From Treponemataceae bacterium (GTDB lineage: Bacteria > Spirochaetota > Spirochaetia > Treponematales > Rectinemataceae): a stretch of 64,000 nt of DNA. The position numbers were made by a program, and so were the translations under genes. Under the pieces are notes generated by a model that saw only the letters and a program-made list of their open reading frames with translations, was not told the DNA's origin and did not search any database. Below, piece by piece: positions 22,354-32,065 of the stretch. The DNA is taken from the NCBI GenBank assembly GCA_963677895.2, contig CAXXGJ010000025.1, forward strand, positions 1-64,000. Direction: 5' to 3'. How positions within the stretch are numbered: position 1 is the first letter of the stretch; each line of letters opens with the position of its first letter.

Positions 22354-23370
22354 ATGATGAAAGCCCCCTTGCAGGTTTCGGTCGTCATACCGGTTTTCAA
22401 CGAGGAAGGGAACATCGAGGCCTTGGCCGAAGCCCTGGGCGCCGCTCTCGCGACGGAGGGCGAAGGTCATCGGCCCATCGCCGCGGGCGGCTACGAGCTC
22501 GTTTTCGTGGATGACGGAAGCAGCGATCGCAGCCTCTTCATTCTCCGAGGCCTGGCAGGGAAGGACCGGCGCGTCCGCTACATCAGTTTCAGCCGCAACT
22601 TCGGCCATCAGGCGGCCCTGCGCGCCGGCCTCGAAGCGGCGGGCGGCGAATGCGTCGTGATGATGGACGGGGATTTCCAGCACCCGCCTTCGCTGGTGCC
22701 CGCGCTGATCGCCGAATACCAACGTGGTTTCGACATAGTCGCCACGAAACGCGTCGAGCCTGATGCCGCGGGGCAGGGCAATCGGGAGCGCACACCGTTG
22801 GTAAAGCGGCTAACTTCACGGCTGTTCTACGCTCTGTCAAACAAGTTGAGCGACACCAAGCTTGAACCGGGTTCAGCCGACTTCAGGCTGCTTTCGCGGA
22901 GAGCGAGAGACGTGCTCCTGTCCATGAAAGAGCATAACCTTTTCCTGAGAGGAGCCATTCCCTGGACCGGCCTGCCCTCCACCGAAATCTCCTATACTCC
23001 CGACCGCAGGCGAAGCGGGGAAACAAAATACACGTTTTCGAAGATGTTCTCCCTAGCCCTCGACGGCATAACGTCCTTCAGCGTCAAACCCTTGAGGCTC
23101 ACTTCTTTCGCCGGCATATTCATCTCGGGCATTGGTTTCGCCTACGCGCTCTACGCCCTCATCATCCGACTTGCTACGGACAAGACCGTGGAGGGCTGGA
23201 CCAGCATTCTCATAAGCATTCTCATCATAGGGGGCATCCAGCTCATATCCCTGGGCATCATCGGCGAATACCTGGGCAAGCTTTTCATGGAGACTAAAGG
23301 CAGGCCGCACTATATCGTCAAGGAAGCGTCGCCGAGCCCCTGCCGCGAAGACCGCGGAGACCAGGCATGA
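22354..23370 (+). CDS. GT2 polyprenol-phosphate glycosyltransferase (GtrB/ArnC-like)
   Basis: SVVIPVFNEE, VDDGSSD, FSRNFGHQAAL, MDGDFQHPP, DFRL; two C-terminal TMs; GIIGEYLG. Confidence 0.92.
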   Translation: MMKAPLQVSVVIPVFNEEGNIEALAEALGAALATEGEGHRPIAAGGYELVFVDDGSSDRSLFILRGLAGKDRRVRYISFSRNFGHQAALRAGLEAAGGECVVMMDGDFQHPPSLVPALIAEYQRGFDIVATKRVEPDAAGQGNRERTPLVKRLTSRLFYALSNKLSDTKLEPGSADFRLLSRRARDVLLSMKEHNLFLRGAIPWTGLPSTEISYTPDRRRSGETKYTFSKMFSLALDGITSFSVKPLRLTSFAGIFISGIGFAYALYALIIRLATDKTVEGWTSILISILIIGGIQLISLGIIGEYLGKLFMETKGRPHYIVKEASPSPCREDRGDQA

Positions 23371-23690
23371 ATATCCCGCTTCTGATAGCCGGTGTTTCCT
23401 TTTCCGCCCTGGCGCAGATCGCGCTCAAATACTCGGCCCGTTTCGACGCGTGGGGAGGCCGATGGCTGGCCGTCACCGCCGCCGGAGCAGCGATGTACGG
23501 CGCCTCCTTCCTGATCTATTCCTTCCTTCTGCGCAAGGAAGACCTGAGCAGGATCAGCCCCATAATGACGAGCGCCGTGGCGCTCATCGTGGTTCTGGCC
23601 GGAATGCTGCTTTTCGGCGAGGATATGACGGCACGGAGGGGAGCGGGAATCGCCCTGGGCATAGCGGCCATCGCTCTTCTGGCCAGGTAA
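23367..23690 (+). CDS. SMR/EamA-type small membrane protein (ArnE/F-like flippase candidate)
   Basis: 107 aa with four hydrophobic segments; AQIALK, LSRISP and LLFGE...GIALG patterns; lies in the GT operon. Confidence 0.75.
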   Translation: MNIPLLIAGVSFSALAQIALKYSARFDAWGGRWLAVTAAGAAMYGASFLIYSFLLRKEDLSRISPIMTSAVALIVVLAGMLLFGEDMTARRGAGIALGIAAIALLAR

Positions 23691-23699
23691 TCGCGATCC

Positions 23700-26354
23700 A
23701 TGGGAAAAAGCAACCGAACGCCGGCCCCCTCTCCTTCGCTCGTCAGGCCGCCGGCCAACGATCTCGCCGAAGCGCTGCTTTCGGGACTGACGCTCATTCT
23801 CGTCTACGCTGTGCTGGTTTCCCGCTTCGACATGAGGCTGCTGTTATCCGATACGACACTCACGGGAGGGGACAGCGCGTCCTGGTTCCAGGTGCTCTCG
23901 ACGCTAAAAAACGATTTCCTGCCCAGGGGAAGGCTATTTGGATTCAGCCAGGGCAATTTCTTCGGCTATCTCGAAGGACAGCATTATTTCATCCTTCCCT
24001 TTTTCTCGGCTGCGCTCATGGGTTTCATCCTTCCTCTCACCGTGGCGCTGAAAATCGCGACGGTCGCGGGCGGATTCGCCCTTCCCCTGACGATGTTCAT
24101 AGCCGCGTCCTCGATCTCGGGACGAAAGAGAGCCGGAGCCTTGGCTTCGGCTTCGAGCCTTCTTTTTCTATTCAACGAGTCCTATTCCATCTTCGGCGGC
24201 AACTGGCTCTCCACCTTCGCGGGGGAATTCTGCTTTTCCTGGGCGATCGCCCTTCTGCCTCTCCTCGTGGCCTCGGTCGTCGCCGACACGCGACGCCATC
24301 GCAGGGGAATCCTTTCCGGCATTCTGCTCGGCCTCATCGGGCTCTCGCACTTTTTCGTTTTCATGCCGGCGTTTTTCCTGCCCTTCTTCCCAGCCTTCAC
24401 GATGCTGCCGAGACTCCTCAGAAGGAAAAAAACCCGTACGCGCGAATCGGAAACGACCAGGGAAGACGCGGGAACGACGCTCAGAATGGCCGCTACCTAC
24501 GCGATCGCCTTTCTCATCATGTCGTTTTGGCTGCTCCCGATGGCCGCGACCAGGACCTGGGCGCAGCCGATCAGCATCATCTGGCATTTTTCATCCTTCA
24601 AGGACTTCGCCAGGCAGACGCTTGCCTGGGTTTGGGTTTCCCTTGCCCTGGTCTTCTTGGGGGCCTCGCTAACCAAGAAAATTACCCGCGACGAACGCCG
24701 TTTTCTGGCCTTCATCCTCTATGGCCTGGCGGCCTGCGCCTTCCTTTTCTATGTGGCGCCCGGTCTGGGGATGCCCGATATCAGGTTCATCCCTTCGGCC
24801 CTCCTGCTCTGCGCCCTGGGAGCCTCCATCCTCTGCGAAAGCTTCCTGTCGAGGATGGGAGTTCCGGGTCAGCCGTCCGCGGGTGCCGGCAGGTTCAAGT
24901 TCCTCGAATCCGCCCTCCCCTCGCTGGCGGTTTTTGTCCTTGCCGCGGTGGCCTCTTTTGGATCGGCCGGCATGGCCAGGAACGCCTCCGGATGGTTTCG
25001 CTGGAATTATTCAGGCTACGAAGCCAAGACCGAGTGGCCGGCGCTGCGCGCCCTGGGGGAAGACTACAGGGGCGACGCCGACGATGGGCGCTTTCTCTGG
25101 GAAAAACAGGACCAACGCGACAACCAGGATTTCGGGTCGGAACGCGCCTTCGAAAACCTGCCTCTCTTCACGGGCCATCCGACTTCGGAAGGCATCCATT
25201 ACGGTTCGAGCATGATGGCGAGGGCCAGCACCTATCTCCAGAGTTCATATTCGCCCAATCCCGTCGACCCGGAAATGGAGCGCATCTATTCGGAGATCGA
25301 TCCTGAGTCCTGGTCGGCGCGATTTTCCCTCCTCAACGCGCGTTACATCATCACGCATTCATCGGCGATCACGCCCTTGTTCGCCGCCCATCCCTCATTC
25401 GCCCTGGATTCGGCGAAGGGCAAGTTTTCCGTTTTCAGGTTTTTGGATTATGAGGCTCGCTACGTCGAGGCCTTGCCCGAAAAAGCCCTGTCCATCGTCA
25501 AAGCGGGAGCGGGCGGTTTCAAGACCGATTATTACCGCTTTTTCAGGGAATACGAACTCTATGGACATCCATTCGTCAGCTCGGAGTTCTCCGACGCGGC
25601 GCTCGAGGCGCTTGCCAAAAGCTCAGGGAGCCTCTGGGAAAATTATGACGACTACAGGAACCTTTTTCTCGCCCAGGAAGCCCTTGCCTCCGCGGCGACA
25701 CCTACCGGCGGGAAAAGCCTGATCAGCGGCGAGCATGTAGATAACTTCTCGATTCGCTTCGATACCGCTTCGCCCGGAACGCCTCACTACATTAAGATTT
25801 CCTATGCGCCGGGATGGAAATCCCGCGGCGGCGAAAAAATATATCCGGTGGTTCCGGGCTTCATGCTGGTCATTCCCAAAACCGGCCATGTCGAGCTTGT
25901 CTACGGCAGGACCATCTGGGAAATCCTCGGGCTGCTGCTGAGTTTTCTCAGCTTGCCGGCGGCGCTGCTGTTCTGGAAGATCCATCCGGGACGACGCTTC
26001 CCCTGGAGGCTTCTGCTTCGGCTGGCTTTCGCCGCTTTTGCCCTTGCCTCCGTCTTCCTGATACTCCAGACTTCCGCCGGCCTTCCCGCTTTGGCAAGGG
26101 ATATCGATGAGGCGCGGAGGCTCAATCTTTCGGTGCCGGCGCAGAGGGAAAAGGCCCTTGCCCTCGTCGAGCCCTGGGCGACCGCGGAAAACCTGGAACG
26201 CTTCGACAACAAGCTCGCCTTCGACGCTTTCAGGATAAAAGCGCTCGCGCTTCTTCGCGAGGGAAAAACCGGGCAGGCCGCGGCGGCGGTGGAAATCCTG
26301 CGGGCGCGATACCCCCATACCAGAGCGCTGAACGGCTTGCCGAATCTGCGATAA
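23700..26354 (+). CDS. Large GT-C-fold membrane glycosyltransferase (PTPS-related/YfhO-like)
   Basis: TM1 followed by TGGD; G.....F.GY..GQHYF.LP; GGNWLSTFAGEF; about 12 TMs; WNYSGYE periplasmic domain; KISYAPGW YfhO-like motif; helical C-terminal tail. Confidence 0.7.
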   Translation: MGKSNRTPAPSPSLVRPPANDLAEALLSGLTLILVYAVLVSRFDMRLLLSDTTLTGGDSASWFQVLSTLKNDFLPRGRLFGFSQGNFFGYLEGQHYFILPFFSAALMGFILPLTVALKIATVAGGFALPLTMFIAASSISGRKRAGALASASSLLFLFNESYSIFGGNWLSTFAGEFCFSWAIALLPLLVASVVADTRRHRRGILSGILLGLIGLSHFFVFMPAFFLPFFPAFTMLPRLLRRKKTRTRESETTREDAGTTLRMAATYAIAFLIMSFWLLPMAATRTWAQPISIIWHFSSFKDFARQTLAWVWVSLALVFLGASLTKKITRDERRFLAFILYGLAACAFLFYVAPGLGMPDIRFIPSALLLCALGASILCESFLSRMGVPGQPSAGAGRFKFLESALPSLAVFVLAAVASFGSAGMARNASGWFRWNYSGYEAKTEWPALRALGEDYRGDADDGRFLWEKQDQRDNQDFGSERAFENLPLFTGHPTSEGIHYGSSMMARASTYLQSSYSPNPVDPEMERIYSEIDPESWSARFSLLNARYIITHSSAITPLFAAHPSFALDSAKGKFSVFRFLDYEARYVEALPEKALSIVKAGAGGFKTDYYRFFREYELYGHPFVSSEFSDAALEALAKSSGSLWENYDDYRNLFLAQEALASAATPTGGKSLISGEHVDNFSIRFDTASPGTPHYIKISYAPGWKSRGGEKIYPVVPGFMLVIPKTGHVELVYGRTIWEILGLLLSFLSLPAALLFWKIHPGRRFPWRLLLRLAFAAFALASVFLILQTSAGLPALARDIDEARRLNLSVPAQREKALALVEPWATAENLERFDNKLAFDAFRIKALALLREGKTGQAAAAVEILRARYPHTRALNGLPNLR

Positions 26355-26432
26355 GGCATCGGCGTTATAGACGTATAATCGGAATTTGAATTATAGTTTC
26401 CAAAACGGCTCCATTGAAAACAAGGAAAAATT

Positions 26433-27365
26433 ATGGTTAAAAAAAAGTCGGCCGATTTTGAGAATGAAACCATACTCCAAACCCTTTGGGAGAATTCTCC
26501 CGACGCTATCATCATCATCCATCAGGATGGGAAGATACTAAGGGCCAACACGAAGGCGCTGCAATTTTTCGGAATGGGCGGCAGGATATCGATGGATGGG
26601 CTGAACGTTTTCGACGCTATCCTGCCGGAAGACCAGAACAGGGCCAGGACGAATATCGGTAGAGTCGTCATGAACGAAGAGCTGCAGGAAGCCGAATATA
26701 AATTGAATACTCCCGATGGATCGATCCTCTGGCGATCCATCAGAACGAAGCTCCTCTCCGGTCCGGAGGATGAAGAGAAAAAGATACTCATCGTGCTCAG
26801 GGACATCACCGATCAAAAAAACATGGAAGAGCACCTTCGCAGCCTGGCGGTGACGGACGACCTCACGGGCCTGTACAATCGCCGCGGCTTCGCTCTCGCG
26901 GCCGAGCAGGAGCTGAAGCATGCCTTCAGAAGGAAGGAAGAACTCACGCTTCTCTTTTTCGATATAGATAATCTGAAAATGATCAACGACACCTTTGGCC
27001 ATATCGAAGGCGACAAGGTCATCAAGTCCGCCGCCATGGCGCTGCGTTCCATCTTCCGGGAGTCGGATATCGTCGCCCGATGGGGAGGGGACGAGTTCGT
27101 GGTCCTCGCCCTGGACATTCCCAACGGAAGGGTTCCGGTCCTGCTGGAAAGGCTGGAGAAGGGGCTGCAGCAATACAACGAACTGAACGCCGATTCCTAC
27201 GCGCTGATGTTCAGCATGGGAATCGCGAATTACGATTCGGAAAAACCCTTCAACTTGAGCGAGATGGTGAGGATCGCCGATAAAATGATGTACAAGGACA
27301 AGCAGGAGAAGAAATTGTCCCGCAGCGCCATCCTGAACTACAACCGCAGCGAAGCGGCGCTATAG
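26433..27365 (+). CDS. PAS-GGDEF diguanylate cyclase
   Basis: PAS/PAC ending RDITDQK; DDLTGLYNRR; DIDNLKMINDTFGH; RESD I-site; RWGGDEF. Confidence 0.93.
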   Translation: MVKKKSADFENETILQTLWENSPDAIIIIHQDGKILRANTKALQFFGMGGRISMDGLNVFDAILPEDQNRARTNIGRVVMNEELQEAEYKLNTPDGSILWRSIRTKLLSGPEDEEKKILIVLRDITDQKNMEEHLRSLAVTDDLTGLYNRRGFALAAEQELKHAFRRKEELTLLFFDIDNLKMINDTFGHIEGDKVIKSAAMALRSIFRESDIVARWGGDEFVVLALDIPNGRVPVLLERLEKGLQQYNELNADSYALMFSMGIANYDSEKPFNLSEMVRIADKMMYKDKQEKKLSRSAILNYNRSEAAL

Positions 27366-27394
27366 CAGCGGCGCTATAGCAGCGGCGCTCTAGC
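27353..27394. repeat. 14-bp tandem repeat x3 over the diguanylate cyclase stop codon
   Basis: agcggcgctatagc agcggcgctatagc agcggcgctctagc. Confidence 0.9.
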
Positions 27395-27400
27395 GGAAGC

Positions 27401-28471
27401 CTACCTTTTGCCCTCGATGACATAACCGACGCCAGTCCAAACATTCTCGAATTCAGCGAGTTTATAGCGCCTTGGCACCTCGGCAGGGTCGGCCGCCGCC
27501 GGATCGTTCACCAGCACGTCGAAACTGCCCGATTCATTTTTCTGAAGCCCCGCGATGAGCACCAGGTGTCCGTTCGTCCTCTTGATGGGTGCGGCGCTCA
27601 GCTGTCCCTCGGCGAATTTGATGCTCGCGATTATTATCCGCCCCGCGGAAAGCTCGCTCACGATCATCTCGATGCTCGGGAAAAAGTCGAGTCTCGCTCT
27701 CAGCCCCAAGCGCCAGAGAGAAGCCACGTTGAACGGCCAATTCCCGTAAATTTTCGCGCCCGCGTCATAGCAGTCCGCCGCCACGAAGGCGGTAGGCAGA
27801 TGGACGCCGAAATGCTGCAGCGCCATCGCCCCGCAGGTGGGGGAACATATCCTGCCGCGGATTTCCGCCGCCTCCGTCATCTGGGAGCGGCAGGGCACCT
27901 TGCCGGCCTTCTCCTGGAGAAGATAAGGCCGCGCGGGGATTCGGGCTATGCTCCGGTCACGGGTTATGACGCCCATGCGCTTTACGATGGCGGCTCCATT
28001 CTTTTCCTCGCCGGCGGAAAGCTCCATTTTCAGCCTGTAGCGTTCCGATTTCGCGGCCAGGATCAGGATATCCGTTTCGACGCGCGCCATTTCGTCCGCG
28101 CAGGAAGCGCTGGCGGCTACCCTCGACCACCTTCCCATTGGGTACCAGCGCGACCATCGCGTGCCGTTTTCCACCTGGAGGAATACTTCGACGGCTCCTT
28201 CCCCCGCGGTATCGGCGTTCCACCAGGGAAGCAGCCAATCGAAGGCGGGAGCGCCGATCGGATCTGTTTCCATGGTTCCGAAGGGGGTGCCGGGAGCTAG
28301 CTGAAGCCCCGCGGGAGATATGATAAGCCCCTCGAGTTTGAGGCGGACATCATGCACCGGTGAATACGATCCCTTGAGATCGGACCAGGGGTCGGTTCCG
28401 AAGGACCAGAGGATTCTCATCGCTCCATAGGATGATGAGGAAAGAATCGCCGCTTCATCGGTTTCGCTCAT
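27401..28471 (-). CDS. C39-like cysteine peptidase (Peptidase_C39_2) with N-terminal beta domain
   Basis: SQM...ICSPTCGAMAL (Gln/Cys), YGNWPFN, NGHLVLIAG (His), VNDPA (Asp). Confidence 0.82.
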   Translation of the reverse strand: MSETDEAAILSSSSYGAMRILWSFGTDPWSDLKGSYSPVHDVRLKLEGLIISPAGLQLAPGTPFGTMETDPIGAPAFDWLLPWWNADTAGEGAVEVFLQVENGTRWSRWYPMGRWSRVAASASCADEMARVETDILILAAKSERYRLKMELSAGEEKNGAAIVKRMGVITRDRSIARIPARPYLLQEKAGKVPCRSQMTEAAEIRGRICSPTCGAMALQHFGVHLPTAFVAADCYDAGAKIYGNWPFNVASLWRLGLRARLDFFPSIEMIVSELSAGRIIIASIKFAEGQLSAAPIKRTNGHLVLIAGLQKNESGSFDVLVNDPAAADPAEVPRRYKLAEFENVWTGVGYVIEGKR

Positions 28472-28477
28472 GGTGGC

Positions 28478-28506
28478 ATGATATACCGAGGCTTGTCACA
28501 AAGCAA
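28478..28506 (-). promoter_or_regulatory. Putative sigma70 promoter giving a leaderless C39 peptidase transcript
   Basis: TTGCTT-17 nt-TATCAT, ending 6 nt before ATG 28471. Confidence 0.55.
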
Positions 28507-28537
28507 ATATCTTTATGGCGCGGGGCATCTTTCCGCC

Positions 28538-28567
28538 TTGAATCGATGCGTCGCTTCGTCATAGGAT
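28538..28567 (+). promoter_or_regulatory. Putative sigma70 promoter giving a leaderless glpQ transcript
   Basis: TTGAAT-18 nt-TAGGAT, ending 6 nt before ATG 28574. Confidence 0.5.
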
Positions 28568-28573
28568 GAAGGT

Positions 28574-29578
28574 ATGAAAGGCTTATCGTCAATATGGAAT
28601 CAACGGAGTGAAATCATAGGCATCAAGCTTCCGAACCGTTCCCGAGTCCTGCTCGCGGCGGGCCTCCTGACCGCGCTGTTGACGGCCTGTTCCACTCCAA
28701 ACATCCGGGTCTCCTCTGGAGCCACCGGGAAGGAAGATACTAGTATGGCTGCTTCACCTGTTGTGTTGGTAATGGCTCATCGCGGTTTCAGGGGCATCGC
28801 CCCCGAAAACACTCTCCTTGCCGCCCAGAAGGGCTACGACAGCGGCGCCGATTATTGGGAAACCGATGTGGCCGCATCCTCCGACGGCGAGTTGGTCATC
28901 ATGCACGACGACAACCTGGTGCGGACTTCCAACGTGAAGGTTCTTTTCCCTGAACGGAAGCCATGGACCGTCTATGACTTCACCCTCGCTGAGTTGAGAA
29001 GCCTGGACGCCGGATCCTGGTACGCGAAGGCTGACCCATTCGGGCAGATCGCCGCCGGGCGCGTCACTCGGGAGGATCAGGGCGGCTTCGCGGCGCAGAA
29101 GGTACCCACGCTCGCCGAGGCCCTCGAATTGACCAAACGGAATGGCTGGAAAGTGAATGTGGAGATCAAGGATGCGACCGGCCGCGCCTGCGACCCCTGG
29201 CTTGTCGAGAAGATAGCGGAGCTCGTAAAGGCCATGGATATGTCCAAATCGGTCATCATCTCTTCCTTCAATCATGAATACCTTGCGCGGATGAAGAAAG
29301 CGGCTCCCGAAATCCAGGTGGCGGCGCTCATAGACAAACCTATCGCCAACCCCGTGGCCACGCTCAAGCGTATCGGAGCCATCGCGCTCAATCCCAATTT
29401 CAAATATCTGGACGAGGAAACGGTCAAGCAGGTCAGAGCAGCCGGCTTCAACGTGTACGTCTGGACGCCCAACGAAAAGGCCGACATGGAAAGGCTCGTC
29501 AAATGGGGGGTCACCGCGCTGATCACCGATTTCCCCGACAGGGCTCTTTCCGTGCTCGGCCGCGCCGAGGGACGTTGA
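28574..29578 (+). CDS. glpQ: Glycerophosphodiester phosphodiesterase, probable lipoprotein
   Basis: AHRG...PENT, ETDV, MHD, NVEIK, SSF, WT.N and ITDFP motifs; lipobox LLTA-C; directly upstream of ugpB. Confidence 0.88.
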   Translation: MKGLSSIWNQRSEIIGIKLPNRSRVLLAAGLLTALLTACSTPNIRVSSGATGKEDTSMAASPVVLVMAHRGFRGIAPENTLLAAQKGYDSGADYWETDVAASSDGELVIMHDDNLVRTSNVKVLFPERKPWTVYDFTLAELRSLDAGSWYAKADPFGQIAAGRVTREDQGGFAAQKVPTLAEALELTKRNGWKVNVEIKDATGRACDPWLVEKIAELVKAMDMSKSVIISSFNHEYLARMKKAAPEIQVAALIDKPIANPVATLKRIGAIALNPNFKYLDEETVKQVRAAGFNVYVWTPNEKADMERLVKWGVTALITDFPDRALSVLGRAEGR

Positions 29579-29652
29579 AGGCCGGCGGACCGAAGGCTGG
29601 CGAATGAATGGCCGGGAGAATCGCCTCTCCCTCAACTATTTGCAGATTTTCA

Positions 29653-29681
29653 TTGCCAGCCTGGGTTTTACAGTTTAAACT
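29653..29681 (+). promoter_or_regulatory. Putative sigma70 promoter of ugpBAE
   Basis: TTGCCA-17 nt-TAAACT upstream of the AAGGAGG SD. Confidence 0.6.
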
Positions 29682-29735
29682 AGGCAACGTACTGGCGGGC
29701 TTTAAGCCCAACTTAAGTTTTCAAGGAGGCATTTG

Positions 29736-31037
29736 ATGAAGAAAATTGCACTGGTGGCAATGGTCTTCCTGATGGTCGCCGGCGCCTACGCGCAGACGAC
29801 GATCGAGTTCTGGCACGCGATGACCGGCAAGAACGGCGATATGGTTCAGACTCTGGCGGATAAATTCAACGCCACCCAGAAAGACTACAAAGTTCAGCCT
29901 GTATTCAAGGGCTCCTACAGCGATACGATGAATGCTGGCATCGCGGCTTTCCGCGCCGGACAGGCCCCCGCCATCCTTCAGGTCTATGAAGTCGGAACCG
30001 CGACCATGATGGCGGCCAAGGGCGCCGTGAAGCCGGTTTACCAGCTTATGGCCGAGAACAGCGAAAAGTTCGACCCCAAGGTCTATATCCCAACGATCAC
30101 CGGCTACTATTCCACATCCAAGGGCGAGATGCTCTCCCTGCCCTTCAATTCATCCACCGCCGTCATGTATTACAACAAGGATGCGTTCAAGAAAGCCGGC
30201 CTCGATCCGGATAAAGCTCCCGCCACATGGCCTGAGTTCTTCGACTATGCCAAAAAGCTCAAGGCTTCGGGCATGGAAGGCGGATTCTCCACTAACTGGA
30301 TTTCCTGGATCCAGCTCGAGAACTTCGCCGCATGGCACAATCTTCCCTTCGGAACCCGCAACAATGGTTTCGATGGTCTAGACACCCAGCTCGTCTTCGA
30401 TTCGCCCAAGGTCATCGAGCATCTGCAGAAGATCTATGATCTGTCCAAAGACGGCACCTTCATCTACGGCGGACGCGAAAACAAGGCCAACCCCCTCTTC
30501 TCCTCCGGCAAGGTCGCCATGCATTTCGAGTCCATCGGCGGTTACGCCAATTTCAAAGCCAACTGCAAATTCGACTTCGGCGTCGCCAGACTCCCCTACT
30601 ATCCCGACGTCAAGGGCGCTCCCCAGAACTCCATCATCGGCGGCGCGAGCCTCTGGGTTCTCAACGGCAAGTCCAAGAGCGAGTACAAGGGCGTAGCGGA
30701 TTTCTTCAGCTTCATTTCCCAGCCCGAGATGCAGGCGCTCTGGCACCAGAACACCGGCTATCTGCCCATCACCATGGCGGCGTATGAGCTTACCAAGTCA
30801 CAGGGTTTCTATGCCACCAACCCCGGTCCCGAAGTCGCCATCAAACAGCTGCTGAACAAGGCGCCCACCGGCAATTCCATGGGCATCCGCTTCGGCAACT
30901 TCAATATCATCCGCGAAATCGAGGACCAGACCTGGGAAGACATCCTGGCCGGCAAGATCTCCGTGAAAGACGGCGTCGCCAAGATGGTCAAGGACGGCAA
31001 TAAGACACTCCGCGAGTTCGAGCGCCTCAACAAGTAA
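29736..31037 (+). CDS. ugpB: sn-glycerol-3-phosphate ABC transporter substrate-binding protein
   Basis: FWHAM, FKGSY, AAFRAG.AP.ILQVYEVGTATM, PFNSST, WIQLENF, QNSIIGGASLW and WHQ.TGYLP match UgpB. Confidence 0.93.
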   Translation: MKKIALVAMVFLMVAGAYAQTTIEFWHAMTGKNGDMVQTLADKFNATQKDYKVQPVFKGSYSDTMNAGIAAFRAGQAPAILQVYEVGTATMMAAKGAVKPVYQLMAENSEKFDPKVYIPTITGYYSTSKGEMLSLPFNSSTAVMYYNKDAFKKAGLDPDKAPATWPEFFDYAKKLKASGMEGGFSTNWISWIQLENFAAWHNLPFGTRNNGFDGLDTQLVFDSPKVIEHLQKIYDLSKDGTFIYGGRENKANPLFSSGKVAMHFESIGGYANFKANCKFDFGVARLPYYPDVKGAPQNSIIGGASLWVLNGKSKSEYKGVADFFSFISQPEMQALWHQNTGYLPITMAAYELTKSQGFYATNPGPEVAIKQLLNKAPTGNSMGIRFGNFNIIREIEDQTWEDILAGKISVKDGVAKMVKDGNKTLREFERLNK

Positions 31038-31059
31038 GTTCCAGTTTTAGAGGATTCAT

Positions 31060-31087
31060 AGGGGCTGCCCTCCGGGCGGCCCCTTTT
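31060..31087 (+). terminator. Intercistronic stem-loop/terminator after ugpB
   Basis: aggggctgccc-tcc-gggcggcccct followed by T run. Confidence 0.7.
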
Positions 31088-31169
31088 CTCGAGTTGTTCC
31101 GGCCCGGCATGGATGCATTGTTGGATCCTCCGGCCAAGCTCCGATTCCATTCCAGTCTCAGGATGTTAT

Positions 31170-32054
31170 ATGGCAAAACAGTATGAATTCCCTTCCAAGG
31201 GCCTCCCCTATCTTCTGGTACTTCCGCAGATGATTGTCGTGTTTCTCTTCTTCTTCTGGCCTTCCGCCCAGGCTATCTGGCAATCCTTTTTCCTCCAGGA
31301 TCCTTTTGGTGGACGTGTCATCTTCGTCGGCTTCGAAAACTACGTCAAGCTTTTGACCGATCCGGACTATTGGGCATCGTTCAGGGTATCGGTCCTCTTC
31401 GCGCTCGCCATCACCGTTTCCTCGATGGCCATCGCCCTGTTCTTGGCCATACAGACCAACAAGAAAATACGTTTCGGTTCATTCTATAAAACCATGATGA
31501 TTTGGCCCTATGCCGTCGCCACGATGGTGGCCGGCGTTCTCTGGCTTTTCATGTTCAACCCCAACGTCGGCGTCATCGCTTGGCTGCTGAAATACAAGAT
31601 GGGCATTGACTGGAACCATCTCCTTAAAACGAACCAGGCTTTTCTCCTTCTCACCATCGCGGCGAGCTGGAAGCAGATTTCTTATAATTTCGTATTCTTT
31701 TTGGCGGGACTCCAGGGCGTGCCGCTTCCTCTCGTGGAAGCGGCGGCGATCGACGGGGCCGGGCCGACCAAGCGATTCTGGGCGATCATCTTTCCCCTGC
31801 TCTCGCCGACCACCTTCTATCTGCTCATCATGAATCTCGTCTACGGCTTTTTCGAGACCTTCCCCATTGTCCACCAGGTCACGGCCGGCGGTCCCGGCAA
31901 GTCCACGCAGATTCTCGTCTATAAGGTATGGCGCGATGGCGTCATAAACCTCGACCTCGGCGGTTCCTCGGCTCAGTCGGTCATTTTGATGATCATGGTC
32001 ATAGGGCTCACCGTATTCCAGTTCCGCTTCATCGAGCGGAAAGTCACCTACTAA
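31170..32054 (+). CDS. ugpA: sn-glycerol-3-phosphate ABC transporter permease
   Basis: LPYLLVLPQ, FFFWPS, WPYAVA, WKQISYNF and EAAAIDGA motifs. Confidence 0.92.
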   Translation: MAKQYEFPSKGLPYLLVLPQMIVVFLFFFWPSAQAIWQSFFLQDPFGGRVIFVGFENYVKLLTDPDYWASFRVSVLFALAITVSSMAIALFLAIQTNKKIRFGSFYKTMMIWPYAVATMVAGVLWLFMFNPNVGVIAWLLKYKMGIDWNHLLKTNQAFLLLTIAASWKQISYNFVFFLAGLQGVPLPLVEAAAIDGAGPTKRFWAIIFPLLSPTTFYLLIMNLVYGFFETFPIVHQVTAGGPGKSTQILVYKVWRDGVINLDLGGSSAQSVILMIMVIGLTVFQFRFIERKVTY

Positions 32055-32065
32055 AGGAAGCCCCC

